Source of the DNA: a virus
IMG/VR virus record: IMGVR_UViG_3300045988_171725
Span: 1-64,000 of that record
DNA: 64,000 bases
Strand: one strand, 5' to 3'
Shown here: positions 53,903-64,000 of the stretch, one piece after another
How positions within the stretch are numbered: the stretch's first letter is position 1
Layout: every line of letters starts with the position of its first letter
The notes under the pieces: generated by a model
Told to the model about the DNA's origin: nothing
The model's input: only the letters and a program-made list of their open reading frames with translations
Database searches by the model: none
Position numbers and translations under genes: made by a program

Positions 53903-55465
53903 ATGGCTTTAACGATAAATACAAACATTAAGAACGAGGCTAATGGCTACTCTTTAGATGCTTCACAAGTCAAGGGCGGATATGTGGTAGTCGCGGACGA
54001 AGCAGAAAGAAACGCAATCCCCGCCGCAACAAAAGTAAATGGAACGACGATTTACCAGGCGGATGTTGGAAAGGAATATAGATGGAATGGAAGCGAATGG
54101 CTCGAAAATACAGCTGCAGAAGATTACGCAAATAAAGTCGCTTTAACTGTTCCTATCTCTGAAACTGAAACAGTATTAGTTCCTGAAACAACACTTACTT
54201 TTGCTCTTGACGCAGAACATGATACAGGAATGTATGTAAGCGCGAAAAATGCTATTTCTTTTACTTTTAAAGAATTACAAAAATATAGAGTAACTTGGGA
54301 TGGTGTTGATTATATTGCTTATGGCAGATATTTTACTTGGGTTAGATTAGATGATAATGGCTCAATAAAAGCTTGGTATGATTGGCAACTTATAGGTAAT
54401 GGTAATAATGAATTAAATGCTTTTTTTAAGCAAGATAAAAATTTACCTTTTGCTATTACACGAGATAAATGGGAAAATGCTGGTGAATGGCTAGTTTATG
54501 CTGTTGATGGCAGTACTGCTAGTTCACACACATTAAAAATTGTTTCTTTATCAGGTGAATATAAAATAGCATATCCTGAAAATATTTATAATTATAATGA
54601 TAATCTAAGACAAAGTGGCGGATATAATAGTGCATACATTGGATTAAATATAATAAATTCTACTGTTAATTCTGCTTTTGCTGCTGGCGATGGAAACTGG
54701 ATAAGAAGAGGCCATTCTAATAATATATTAGGCAGCGGAAATATTTGTGATACTAATAATAGATATAATTTTTTGGCTGGCGCATTTAATAATGTTACTG
54801 GTTCTGCTAATTCAAAAGATTTAGCAAATATAATTTTAGGATATTCTAACAACAATATTTGTAAAAGTAATAATAAAACTAATGGAGCAAATGTTATTGC
54901 TGGACTTTTCAATAATCTTTTAGTGGATGGAGATTTTGTCTCCCAAGCAAATTTTATAAGCGGTCAAGGAAATACATTAAAAGCAACTAATAATAATATT
55001 ATTGGAAATGCTATATTAGGAAATTATAATACAGTAGATTCTCATGCTAGTACTTTTATTTCTGGATATAGAAATATTAGTGATAGAAATTATCAAGCTA
55101 TATTTGGAAAATATTCTGCTGCCGATTCAACTGCTTTATTAAAATTTGGTGCTGGAACAAGCAATACCGATAGAAAGAACATATTCGTTATTCATGACGA
55201 AGGACGTGTAACCGCATTAGGTGCACCAATAGATAATGATGATGTAACACGTAAAGGCGATTTTAAGACCATCAACGGTAATTCACTTCTCGGAAGCGGC
55301 GATCTTACAATCGCAGGTGGTGGGACCGAGGTTACTCCAAACCCGACTTTAAGTGGAAGTGAAGCGGCTCTTTCCGCTCTTCAAATAGGCGATACGAAGT
55401 ATCGGATAGAAGGCACTTTAACAACTCTTACGGTTGGCATTGATTCCTCGCTTTTAGGAGGTTGA
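53903..55465 (+). CDS. tail fibre / adhesin-like protein with YadA-head-like N-rich repeats
   Basis: Repeated NxxxGxxN units (NNILGSGNICDTNNRYNFLAGAFNNVTGSANS...). Confidence 0.5.
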   Translation: MALTINTNIKNEANGYSLDASQVKGGYVVVADEAERNAIPAATKVNGTTIYQADVGKEYRWNGSEWLENTAAEDYANKVALTVPISETETVLVPETTLTFALDAEHDTGMYVSAKNAISFTFKELQKYRVTWDGVDYIAYGRYFTWVRLDDNGSIKAWYDWQLIGNGNNELNAFFKQDKNLPFAITRDKWENAGEWLVYAVDGSTASSHTLKIVSLSGEYKIAYPENIYNYNDNLRQSGGYNSAYIGLNIINSTVNSAFAAGDGNWIRRGHSNNILGSGNICDTNNRYNFLAGAFNNVTGSANSKDLANIILGYSNNNICKSNNKTNGANVIAGLFNNLLVDGDFVSQANFISGQGNTLKATNNNIIGNAILGNYNTVDSHASTFISGYRNISDRNYQAIFGKYSAADSTALLKFGAGTSNTDRKNIFVIHDEGRVTALGAPIDNDDVTRKGDFKTINGNSLLGSGDLTIAGGGTEVTPNPTLSGSEAALSALQIGDTKYRIEGTLTTLTVGIDSSLLGG

Positions 55466-55467
55466 TT

Positions 55468-56979
55468 ATGGCAATTAAAAGAGCGATAAAAGCGGGCAAT
55501 AAAAGTATAATTTCATTCAAGAAGGTAATTAAGGTTGGTGAGATTACACAGTTAGTTGCTAAAGATAATTTTTTATTTTCATCAGTAGTGACAAGTGGTG
55601 TGACTTTTACTAATAATGGCAATGGCTCAATTACTGCTGTTGGGACCACTACAGCCCTCATTGCAAGATTGATATTATCACATACTAAATTAGAACGATT
55701 AAAAAACGGGCATAAATATTTAATTTCAAGTGGTCAAGATGATAATACAAACAATTATGTGGCTATAAATTTTTATGATGATAATCAAAAAAATTTAGGA
55801 AGTTATTCAAGTTTTTCATCTCCAATTTTTACATTTGATGGGATATATTATGCTTCTAATATTGGCGGCATATATATATATGAAAGAATAACTGGCGCAG
55901 AAATAAATCGAACCTACATCCCCCAACTCTTCGACCTGACCGAGATGTTCGGCGCGGGACACGAGCCCGCCACCGTTGACGAGTTTAAGGCGAGGTTCCC
56001 TGAGGCGTATTACCCTTATCAAAGGGCGGTTTTGAACGTGTATAATAAGGTGGTCAGACCGTGCGTGAGAAAGGGAGAGGTTGTACAGTTAGTCAACCCA
56101 GTAGATTTTGGTTTTACAACACAGACTGTTAATGGTATTACTTTTACAAATAATAATGATGGAAGTGTAACTATAAACGGAACAGCAACTAGTGATGCAG
56201 CATATAGATTAATATTAAACAGAGACAAAATTATAAATGGATATGTATATTTATATGGTTCTGAACAAAATACTAATGATTATGGTGTTGCATGGGGAAC
56301 TAATTTGCCACAGAATTTAACTTTTAATACTGCTTCAATTAATAGTAATTATACTGTTATAGTTAAAAATGGGGCTACGGTAAATAACATAACTATTTTT
56401 CCGCAGATATATAATCTCACTGCCATGTACGGAGCAGGTAACGAGCCAAAAACTCTCGCTGATTTCAGGAAAGATTATCCAGAGAGTTATTATCCGTATA
56501 GCCCAATTCAGACGAAGAATTTGTTCGATATAAGGAAAGTTAGTGGGTTGATTAGTAGTCTATTTGGCAATCTTAATTATTATCTTACTAAAAATTTAAC
56601 TCAAAATTCTTTAAAAATTCGTTATGGTGGATACGGAATGGCAACGTTTTTAAAAGAACCATATATCTTGTCAGCAGGGACTTATACATTTAGTTGTAAT
56701 TGTGATTATGATGTTATTAACAACAGAGGCGGTGTTTCTTTGTTCGTTGGAAAGAAGGCAGCAGACGGGTCGAGAATAAACGAGATAGCTAGTGGTCCTT
56801 ACCGCCAGGTACATCGTTTAGTTTTAACTTTTACCCTGGCGGAAGAAACCGAAGTTTATTTATCTCTGCAAGGTGACGGCGGATCTGCTAATTATACCAA
56901 TCTAAACAACGTGTTTTTCAATATTCAACTCGAAAAAGGCTCAGTCGCCACAGATTACGTGCCGCATGACTACATTTAA
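55468..56979 (+). CDS. tail fibre-associated protein with internal tandem domain duplication
   Basis: ATG 55468 lies 6 nt after AGGAGG. There are two copies of (V/I)TFTNN..GS(I/V)T..GT.....RLIL...K...(F/Y)(D/N)LT.M(F/Y)GAG(H/N)EP.T...F...(F/Y)PE.YYPY. Confidence 0.55.
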   Translation: MAIKRAIKAGNKSIISFKKVIKVGEITQLVAKDNFLFSSVVTSGVTFTNNGNGSITAVGTTTALIARLILSHTKLERLKNGHKYLISSGQDDNTNNYVAINFYDDNQKNLGSYSSFSSPIFTFDGIYYASNIGGIYIYERITGAEINRTYIPQLFDLTEMFGAGHEPATVDEFKARFPEAYYPYQRAVLNVYNKVVRPCVRKGEVVQLVNPVDFGFTTQTVNGITFTNNNDGSVTINGTATSDAAYRLILNRDKIINGYVYLYGSEQNTNDYGVAWGTNLPQNLTFNTASINSNYTVIVKNGATVNNITIFPQIYNLTAMYGAGNEPKTLADFRKDYPESYYPYSPIQTKNLFDIRKVSGLISSLFGNLNYYLTKNLTQNSLKIRYGGYGMATFLKEPYILSAGTYTFSCNCDYDVINNRGGVSLFVGKKAADGSRINEIASGPYRQVHRLVLTFTLAEETEVYLSLQGDGGSANYTNLNNVFFNIQLEKGSVATDYVPHDYI

Positions 56980-56996
56980 AAGGAGGAAAAGGAGAA

Positions 56997-58289
56997 ATGG
57001 CAGTAAATTATACAGATGTCCAAAAGACAGAAAAATATATATCAAGAACTAACTTTGACGCCTTGGAAATGGCGGCAGTTCCCGAAGGGATGGAATTCAA
57101 TATCGTCGATCAGATTCACGAGAGTGATTTAGACAGTGACGTTTTACAGAAGCTTAACAACAACGCGAAGATAAATACAGCGAATACCTTTACAGCGGCA
57201 CAAACGTTTAAGAAGGATATCACGATCGAAGGGAATATCTTTCAGAACGGCAGCGCTTATGAGACACACGCGGAAAAGCTTTATACGAAGAATGACATGA
57301 TTTACACGCGCGATGGGGCGACCGCCGCGTTGGCAGATAACGCTTATACGGGAATTCAGGCAGTCAAGTATGACGGTACGAATGACGGGCAGTTGGTGTT
57401 CGGAAAAGATGGCGTCGCACGTGTTGGAGATGTCGGGAATACACAGCCTTTGGCGACGAGGGCGGAGGCAGGCGCGATTGTGGACAAGCACTTGCTTCAG
57501 TGGGACGCGGCTGGACAGACACTGGTTGACAGTGGAAAGAGCGTGAGTGATTTAGAGGGTGGCGGAGGAGATGTAACCGCCGCTGGCACTAATACTTTCA
57601 CGGGGAACAATACTTTTACTAACGGTATAACTGTGGCGGCAGATAGTATGGCTACTTCTGCTCATATCGTATATGGAAGCGATGGTATTAAAGTAAAGAA
57701 AGAAGGAACCCCTGTGGCTAGCCCAGAATTTTCTATTAAAATTCCTACTAATACACCAGGAACTTTTGCGGTAATAAATGCTGCAAGTAATACCCTCAAT
57801 ACTACTGGTTTAAATGTTTCAAGTTCTGCAATAATAGAAAATATGCTTCTTGGCGGTTTAACTTTTAAACCAACTGTCACATATTTTAGTGTAGGAAGTT
57901 TTAAAATCACGCTCCCTACAAAGACAAGTACTCTCGCCACAACAGACGATATAAGCTCTTTTGTTAAAAATAATGCTTCTACAAATTTTTCGGTTTATGA
58001 TGAAGTCAGCGGTGACAAATCTACACTTGGTTATAGCGGGCTAACATTAGAAGATCCTGTTGTTCATAATACTTGCACACTAAGTGCCGCTGGATTAGTA
58101 CACAGACAAATGAGTAATGATGGAGCAATAACAAACCATAATACTACCTTGGCATTTGAGAGTGCTGGTTTAACTACAACATTAACAGTTCCTAATAAAA
58201 CTGGTACTCTTGCTCTTACAGGTGATATTCCGATTAGTTCGGCAACTTTAAGCGACAACGACACAACCTTAACGCTTATTCTTAGATAA
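56997..58289 (+). CDS. tail fibre protein (430 aa)
   Basis: AAGGAGG RBS. Shares the string KYDGTN.G.LVFG.DG.A.VGDV with the 51143 gene. Confidence 0.5.
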   Translation: MAVNYTDVQKTEKYISRTNFDALEMAAVPEGMEFNIVDQIHESDLDSDVLQKLNNNAKINTANTFTAAQTFKKDITIEGNIFQNGSAYETHAEKLYTKNDMIYTRDGATAALADNAYTGIQAVKYDGTNDGQLVFGKDGVARVGDVGNTQPLATRAEAGAIVDKHLLQWDAAGQTLVDSGKSVSDLEGGGGDVTAAGTNTFTGNNTFTNGITVAADSMATSAHIVYGSDGIKVKKEGTPVASPEFSIKIPTNTPGTFAVINAASNTLNTTGLNVSSSAIIENMLLGGLTFKPTVTYFSVGSFKITLPTKTSTLATTDDISSFVKNNASTNFSVYDEVSGDKSTLGYSGLTLEDPVVHNTCTLSAAGLVHRQMSNDGAITNHNTTLAFESAGLTTTLTVPNKTGTLALTGDIPISSATLSDNDTTLTLILR

Positions 58290-58300
58290 GGAGGAACGGT

Positions 58301-59017
58301 ATGCCTTGGGTAATAGATAGTAAACTTAAAGTGGAAACGACGTTGCTTCAAAAAGTCGTGGTAAATGGGAAAGAGCTTTATAAAGTTGATTGCGTGGATA
58401 AAAACGGCGTAAAGCGCACGGTTTTTTACAAATATTGGGAACCCTCTGGTGGTGGCAGTGATAGCGAAACCAAACAAGCTGTGACAGCAGGAACTCTTGC
58501 CTTTGGGATAATTAACGAAGCGATAACCGATGAATTGTTAGAACATTTTAGTGTTCTTGAATTTAACACGGCAACACATGGCGATTTATCAAGTACATAC
58601 AATTTCAATCGAACAACTGCGGATGGCGGCGAAGAGGAAGTTGATGTTGCGCAAATGATACTTAATTACTTCTGTTGTATAATGCAGAAAGGTTATAGCA
58701 AGCTTGACGGAATTCAATCGGTATTAACTGAAGCTTGTGAAGACGGTTCTTTTAATCAAATCGTAGAACAATACGAATTGGGAACTAAAATAACCCAATG
58801 GATAAACACATGGATTCAGGAGCAAACTGACGCGGGGACTTATACCGAAGCCGCATATCAAGAATTCATTTCGGCAACAACGGAAGGTGGAGTCACTACG
58901 TTTAAAGATAGAATGAATAACGACGAGAGTTTCAAACAAGCAAGACAGGATTTCATGACGAATATTGCTGGTAAATTAGGGATTACCGTCGAGCAGTTAC
59001 AGAATGGAAATTGGTAA
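58301..59017 (+). CDS. fibre-tip/assembly domain protein (238 aa)
   Basis: Homologous by eye to the C-terminal roughly 200 aa of the 61862 gene (VDV.Q...NY.C.I..KGY......IQSVL......DG.F..I...YE..TK.T.WIN..IQ.Q...G.Y.E). Confidence 0.5.
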   Translation: MPWVIDSKLKVETTLLQKVVVNGKELYKVDCVDKNGVKRTVFYKYWEPSGGGSDSETKQAVTAGTLAFGIINEAITDELLEHFSVLEFNTATHGDLSSTYNFNRTTADGGEEEVDVAQMILNYFCCIMQKGYSKLDGIQSVLTEACEDGSFNQIVEQYELGTKITQWINTWIQEQTDAGTYTEAAYQEFISATTEGGVTTFKDRMNNDESFKQARQDFMTNIAGKLGITVEQLQNGNW

Positions 59018-59053
59018 GGAAAACATAAAATAATATACTTTCGGAGGATTTAA

Positions 59054-59839
<786 letters not shown>

Positions 59840-59855
59840 ACTATTACAATTTAAT

Positions 59856-59896
59856 GCGGCGGGAATTTCTCAATAAAAAAAAGAGATTTCTGCCGC
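59856..59896 (+). promoter_or_regulatory. plus-sense RNA hairpin upstream of the recombinase gene
   Basis: 14-bp stem with three G-U pairs, which is therefore stable only in the + transcript. A8 loop, no U tract. Confidence 0.45.
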
Positions 59897-59924
59897 AAAA
59901 AACAATCAAGGAGGGATTTGCCAT

Positions 59925-60932
59925 ATGGCAAGAACAACGGTATATAACGAAGATTTGTCAAAGGAGTGGCAGATCGCAAACCCGAAGAATCAGAAATTAC
60001 TCAGAGAATTTATTCGTTATTGCGTGGCGAACGATAAAAGCCCGCAAACTTGTAACCAATATGAGTCGCAACTCAAAATCTTCTTTTGCTGGAATTACAG
60101 GGAGAATGACGATAAATTTTTTGTTGACATAAAGAAGCGCGAGCTTGTGAACTTTTTCGGTTGGGGGCGGAGTATCGGTTGGAGCCCGTGCAGGCTCGCT
60201 TCTCTTCGCGCGGCGTTAAGTTCGTTCAGCAATTACATAGAACGAATACTTGATGAGGATTACCCGACATTCAGAAACCTTGTGAAGGTTCTTGAACCGA
60301 TTCACCTCGAAGCCGTCCGAGAAAAGACAATAATCGAGAAAGGCGATATAATGGCAGGGATTGAGCGGTTAGTTGCGCTTGGCGAATACCAATACGCGTG
60401 TTTCCTCTCACTTCTCTTTTCGTCTGGAATGAGGAAAGCGGAAGCCGCGCAGATGAAAGTCTCATACTTCACAACCGATAAGGTAATCGCGTTTAGGGGG
60501 CTCGCTTATATGACTCCGAAAATCAGGACGAAAGGACACGGGGCACGTGGTAAGCAGGTGCCGAGATACGTGTTCAAAGAAACGTTTGACAAATACTTCG
60601 AGCTATGGCTTAAAGAGCGCGAAAAGCTCGGAATCGAGATAGACGATTTATTCGTTATAAAAGGCACCGACGGGAAATACCACCCCGCGAAAGGACAGAA
60701 CTTTTCACATTGGGCGGTGAAAATCGGCGAGTTAATAGGCATAAATTCACTATATTGTCACAGTTTGAGACACGCGTTTACGACGTATTTGAAACGGCAG
60801 AACTTCCCGACCGACGTCGTTCAGAAAATCCAATCGTGGGGAAGCGCAGATATGGTGGCGAGATATGATGACAGAAGCGATAGCGAAGAGTTGGATAGCT
60901 TTTTTGAAAAAATGACCGAAAAGGAGAATTAA
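59925..60932 (+). CDS. tyrosine recombinase (Xer/Cre-like, SAM-like N-domain)
   Basis: N-domain LREFIRYCVANDKSPQTCNQYESQLKIFF. Catalytic SGMRKAE (Arg), HSLRHAF (H-x-x-R), W...MVARYDD (Tyr). AAGGAGGG RBS. The stop lies 1 nt before the next fibre-like gene. Confidence 0.8.
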   Translation: MARTTVYNEDLSKEWQIANPKNQKLLREFIRYCVANDKSPQTCNQYESQLKIFFCWNYRENDDKFFVDIKKRELVNFFGWGRSIGWSPCRLASLRAALSSFSNYIERILDEDYPTFRNLVKVLEPIHLEAVREKTIIEKGDIMAGIERLVALGEYQYACFLSLLFSSGMRKAEAAQMKVSYFTTDKVIAFRGLAYMTPKIRTKGHGARGKQVPRYVFKETFDKYFELWLKEREKLGIEIDDLFVIKGTDGKYHPAKGQNFSHWAVKIGELIGINSLYCHSLRHAFTTYLKRQNFPTDVVQKIQSWGSADMVARYDDRSDSEELDSFFEKMTEKEN

Positions 60933-60933
60933 A

Positions 60934-61689
60934 ATGAGTACAATACAAGACGGCACGAGAAGCGACGAAGCGAGAGCACGTGTAGAAGATAGAAACAATC
61001 TTGATGCTATAAATAAGATATATGTTGGAACTGGAGAGAGCATCACTGTAAATGGGCATACGGTTTGGCAGACGGAGGGAAAAAATATAATAAAGGCGAT
61101 AAACGATGCAGGAACAGTTGCAAATGCGACAAATGCGGCTTCCGCAACCAATGCTGACTATGCCGATAACGCAGGAAATGCGACAACGGCAGATCAAGCG
61201 ACAAATTTAACTTCGACGGGTAAAATTGGGGAATACGACACCAATCAAATAATTAATTTTAAAAATGGTTTTGTGCGTAATGCTGACTATGCCACTAACG
61301 CAGGTAATGCGACAACGGCAGATAACGCAGGGAAAACAGACTTAACGAATGGAAAATTTAAGGGTAATCTTCTCAATAAAGATATTTATATAGATTTTGA
61401 TGAAGGTAAGGACAATTATTATTATTTTTTCATGTGGGTACCTTATGAAGGGTTTAGACATGTTGTAGATTTAGGCATTGTATATTTTGATGGGGGGACT
61501 TATGACTCTTGGAGTGCAATTGCGACTTGTTATGGAGGAAATACCGCTTCTGATTTGACCCTTGACGAATATGTAATACGTATTGTTACATCTGGTATAG
61601 TTTCGGTCTGGAAAAAGGATAATACTACAGGGAAATGGGTTCAACAAAACACAGATAAAATTCAGTTATTTTACAAAAAAATCAGGTGA
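60934..61689 (+). CDS. fibre-like protein with NADYA.NAGNATTAD repeats (251 aa)
   Basis: 45-nt near-identical direct repeat at 61150-61194 and 61279-61323 (3 mismatches). Confidence 0.5.
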   Translation: MSTIQDGTRSDEARARVEDRNNLDAINKIYVGTGESITVNGHTVWQTEGKNIIKAINDAGTVANATNAASATNADYADNAGNATTADQATNLTSTGKIGEYDTNQIINFKNGFVRNADYATNAGNATTADNAGKTDLTNGKFKGNLLNKDIYIDFDEGKDNYYYFFMWVPYEGFRHVVDLGIVYFDGGTYDSWSAIATCYGGNTASDLTLDEYVIRIVTSGIVSVWKKDNTTGKWVQQNTDKIQLFYKKIR

Positions 61690-61698
61690 GGCGAAGTT

Positions 61699-61845
61699 AT
61701 GGCTCAGAAATATAAAAGCATATGGGTATCATTGCAAGTCGATACTGCGGTTAGAGAAGCTTCTAATAAGATAGATAAGTCAGACATCGAGATTGCGAAT
61801 AGAGCGGCTTGGCAATCACCGCCGATAAAGGGCGCCTCATTATAA
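61699..61845 (+). CDS. 48-aa ORF equal to the N-terminal adaptor motif of the 52808 fibre gene (fragment or mini-gene)
   Basis: MAQKYKSIWVSLQVDTAVREASNKIDK compared with MAQKYKSIWTGPQVDEAVGNVSKKIDK. AGGTGAGG RBS. Confidence 0.45.
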   Translation: MAQKYKSIWVSLQVDTAVREASNKIDKSDIEIANRAAWQSPPIKGASL

Positions 61846-61861
61846 ATAAGGAGATTAAGGT

Positions 61862-63244
61862 ATGATGAAAGATTATATATCGCAACATACAGGTTCGAGA
61901 ATAGATGATGCAATAGATAAAATTCCCTCCGCCAACCCTAATTCCGATAGTATTATTGTTGTAAATCAAACAGGTTTCAATAGCACTTATAAACCTTTAT
62001 CTGGGTTATTGCAAAAAACGGTCATAGATAGTGCTTTATCGAGTAAATCCACTAATCCTATAGAAAACAAGGTTGTTACTTTGGCTATAAACAACAAAAT
62101 TTCCAAACCTTTAAATACGGAGTTAGATGGTCAATTTCTCTATAACGCAGGCACTTATACTGTGTGGAAAACGATACCGCGTGGTTCTCAAGGGAAAAGT
62201 GCATATGAAATTTGGGAAGATAACGGTCATAGTGGAAGTCAACAAGATTTCCTGACCTCCCTTATTGGGCCTCCTGGACCTCAAGGAGATCGAGGGCAAC
62301 CTGGAAATGCTGGGGAAAAGGGTCCCACTGGGCTTCAAGGACCTCCTGGAAAAAACGGGGCAAACGGAGCGCCTGGAGCCAAAGGAGATACGGGTCCCAC
62401 TGGTATACAGGGACCTCCTGGGGAGGATGGTGTCAGTATAAAAGGACCGACGGGTCCTCAAGGTCCCCAAGGAGAACCTGGGGGTCCTGGACCTTCTGGC
62501 GAGATTGGGGATTCGGGGTTGCCAATAATGGAGATGGGATTTGAAGAAGGTAATCAAGATACGGAAACAGCTGACAAAATTATTGTAACGCTTTCCGATG
62601 GCACAAAAATTGGCATGACATTCAAAGTACCTGGAAATAGTCCAACGCAAGGGGGCGGTGGTGGTTCGGGCGGAAGTACAACCGATCCTATTACACCGCA
62701 AGAAGATACTGTAACGAAGCAGGAAGTTTTAGCGAGTGCTGGCGGGCTTGGCGTAATCAATAGTTCTATAAGCGACGAAGTAACTGAAAAATTTGACACT
62801 TTTGATCTTGGTTTGGCAAATTCGTTAGAAGGGTTTAATTTTGAGAGAGAGCTTCCAGAAGATGGAGCAGATGCAGAAAGGTTAGTAGACGTAGATCAAA
62901 TAGTTCAAAATTATCTCTGTTTTATTATAAAAAAAGGGTATGAAACAAGGCGCGAAAAAATACAATCTGTATTGGACGATATAATTTATGACGGAACGTT
63001 TGATAGTATTATTCAAAAATATGAAGTATGTACTAAGGTAACCGAATGGATAAATGCCTATATACAAGATCAGAAGTCAAAGGGGAGTTATTCCGAAGGA
63101 AAATTTCAATCTTTCCTTATAACGACATTAAGAGATTATATGAATGCTGATCAGGGTCTCTTGAAATCTCGTCAGGAAATTATGGAAGAGGTTTCTAACA
63201 GATTAGGGATAACATTGAAACGATTAAAATCGGGAGAATGGTGA
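61862..63244 (+). CDS. collagen-like tail fibre protein fused to a 58301-type C-terminal domain (460 aa)
   Basis: [15 protein letters not shown] motif, Gly-X-Y block, G/S linker, then a domain homologous to 58301-59017. Confidence 0.7.
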   Translation: MMKDYISQHTGSRIDDAIDKIPSANPNSDSIIVVNQTGFNSTYKPLSGLLQKTVIDSALSSKSTNPIENKVVTLAINNKISKPLNTELDGQFLYNAGTYTVWKTIPRGSQGKSAYEIWEDNGHSGSQQDFLTSLIGPPGPQGDRGQPGNAGEKGPTGLQGPPGKNGANGAPGAKGDTGPTGIQGPPGEDGVSIKGPTGPQGPQGEPGGPGPSGEIGDSGLPIMEMGFEEGNQDTETADKIIVTLSDGTKIGMTFKVPGNSPTQGGGGGSGGSTTDPITPQEDTVTKQEVLASAGGLGVINSSISDEVTEKFDTFDLGLANSLEGFNFERELPEDGADAERLVDVDQIVQNYLCFIIKKGYETRREKIQSVLDDIIYDGTFDSIIQKYEVCTKVTEWINAYIQDQKSKGSYSEGKFQSFLITTLRDYMNADQGLLKSRQEIMEEVSNRLGITLKRLKSGEW

Positions 63245-63265
63245 TTAAGTAAGGTGAGGTGAATT

Positions 63266-64000
63266 ATGAATGATAATTTTGAATCGCAATTTACTGGTAA
63301 AAGAGTAGATTCTGCAATTAATAAAATTCCCGAAAATACTCCTAACCAAGATTGTGTAATTACAAATGATAAAGACGGCGCAAATTATAAGCCATTAAGT
63401 GATTTTGACGTCAGATTAGACGTTGATTCGACTTTATCCAGCACTTCCAAAAACCCCGTTCAAAATAAAGTGGTTACTGAGGCTTTAAACAGAAAATTGC
63501 AGCTCCCATTAAGTTCAACAACTGGATATTTAAGAAATAAAGGTTTTAATAATAACGAGTGGGTGCAAGTAACCTCTGGACCGACTGGAATTTCGGCTTA
63601 TCAAGATTGGATAGCTTCTGGAAATACAGGTACACAATCTGATTATTTATTATCCTTAATTGGCCCGCCTGGGGCAAAGGGGATAGTTGGGTTGAAAGGA
63701 GAGACAGGTAATATAGGGCTTATAGGGCCAACGGGAGATCCTGGGAAAAACGGTACAGATGGAAAACCTGGTGAAAAAGGAATGGTTGGACCGCAGGGAG
63801 ACCCTGGGCCCCAAGGGCAACCTGGAAAAAATAAAATCGGAACCATGGGCGCAACGGGTGTTGCAGGTAGTAAAGGAAAAGATGGACCACCAGGAGTAAA
63901 GGGGGCAAATGGTAAGACTATAAGGTCTTTTACTACGCATGTTGCATTAAATAGAACCACTAATAGATATGAATGGCTTCCAACAGAAACGTATGAACCG
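63266..64000 (+). CDS. collagen-like tail fibre protein, N-terminal part (runs off the window)
   Basis: AAGGTGAGGTG RBS. MNDNFESQFTGKRVDSAINKIPE motif. Gly-X-Y block from about 63660. No stop codon before the window end. Confidence 0.65.
   Translation, partial: MNDNFESQFTGKRVDSAINKIPENTPNQDCVITNDKDGANYKPLSDFDVRLDVDSTLSSTSKNPVQNKVVTEALNRKLQLPLSSTTGYLRNKGFNNNEWVQVTSGPTGISAYQDWIASGNTGTQSDYLLSLIGPPGAKGIVGLKGETGNIGLIGPTGDPGKNGTDGKPGEKGMVGPQGDPGPQGQPGKNKIGTMGATGVAGSKGKDGPPGVKGANGKTIRSFTTHVALNRTTNRYEWLPTETYEP

Noticed and set aside
59856-59896. Imperfect inverted repeat upstream of the recombinase as a lox/dif-like site
   Set aside because: Pairing depends on three G-T positions that become C-A mismatches on the other strand. 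It is therefore an RNA hairpin of the plus transcript rather than a symmetric DNA site.

Overview
This window is a 64-kb stretch of a tailed dsDNA phage or prophage genome. AGGAGG-type ribosome-binding sites and near-consensus TTGACA-17-TGnTATAAT promoters suggest a low-GC Gram-positive (Bacillota) host. I found no rRNA genes, tRNA genes or CRISPR array.

Layout:
- 1-4380 (+): a helicase-like gene fragment, a CYTH-like gene, two paralogous Cys-rich genes and an AT-rich iteron region that looks like an origin.
- 4899-14516 (-): about 34 tightly packed small genes. This is an early or accessory block and a candidate anti-defence island. It includes a DpnD/PcfM-like gene, an acidic protein and several micro-ORFs.
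- 14764-17069 (+) and 17522-23900 (-): accessory and nucleotide-metabolism genes (metallophosphatase, divergent ThyX-like, PhoH-like, ClpP-like), interleaved with HNH homing endonucleases.
- 24056-24438 (+): an orphan structured RNA unit with its own promoter and terminator.
- 24629 to the window end (+): a nucleotidase, a dNMP kinase, an RNA polymerase gene, terminase, portal, scaffold, capsid and a long tail-fibre locus.

Main points of interest:
- The RNA polymerase is a single-subunit RdRP/YonO-like enzyme. Its DFDGD catalytic loop is split by a group I intron carrying a GIY-YIG endonuclease.
- The tail-fibre locus contains collagen-like paralogues and an embedded Xer/Cre-like tyrosine recombinase.
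- A 37-nt promoter-like element is identical in two ORFs read in different frames.
- There are four repeat-rich non-coding regions.

Limits: functions were assigned by motif recognition by eye, coordinates were derived by hand, and no database search was run.
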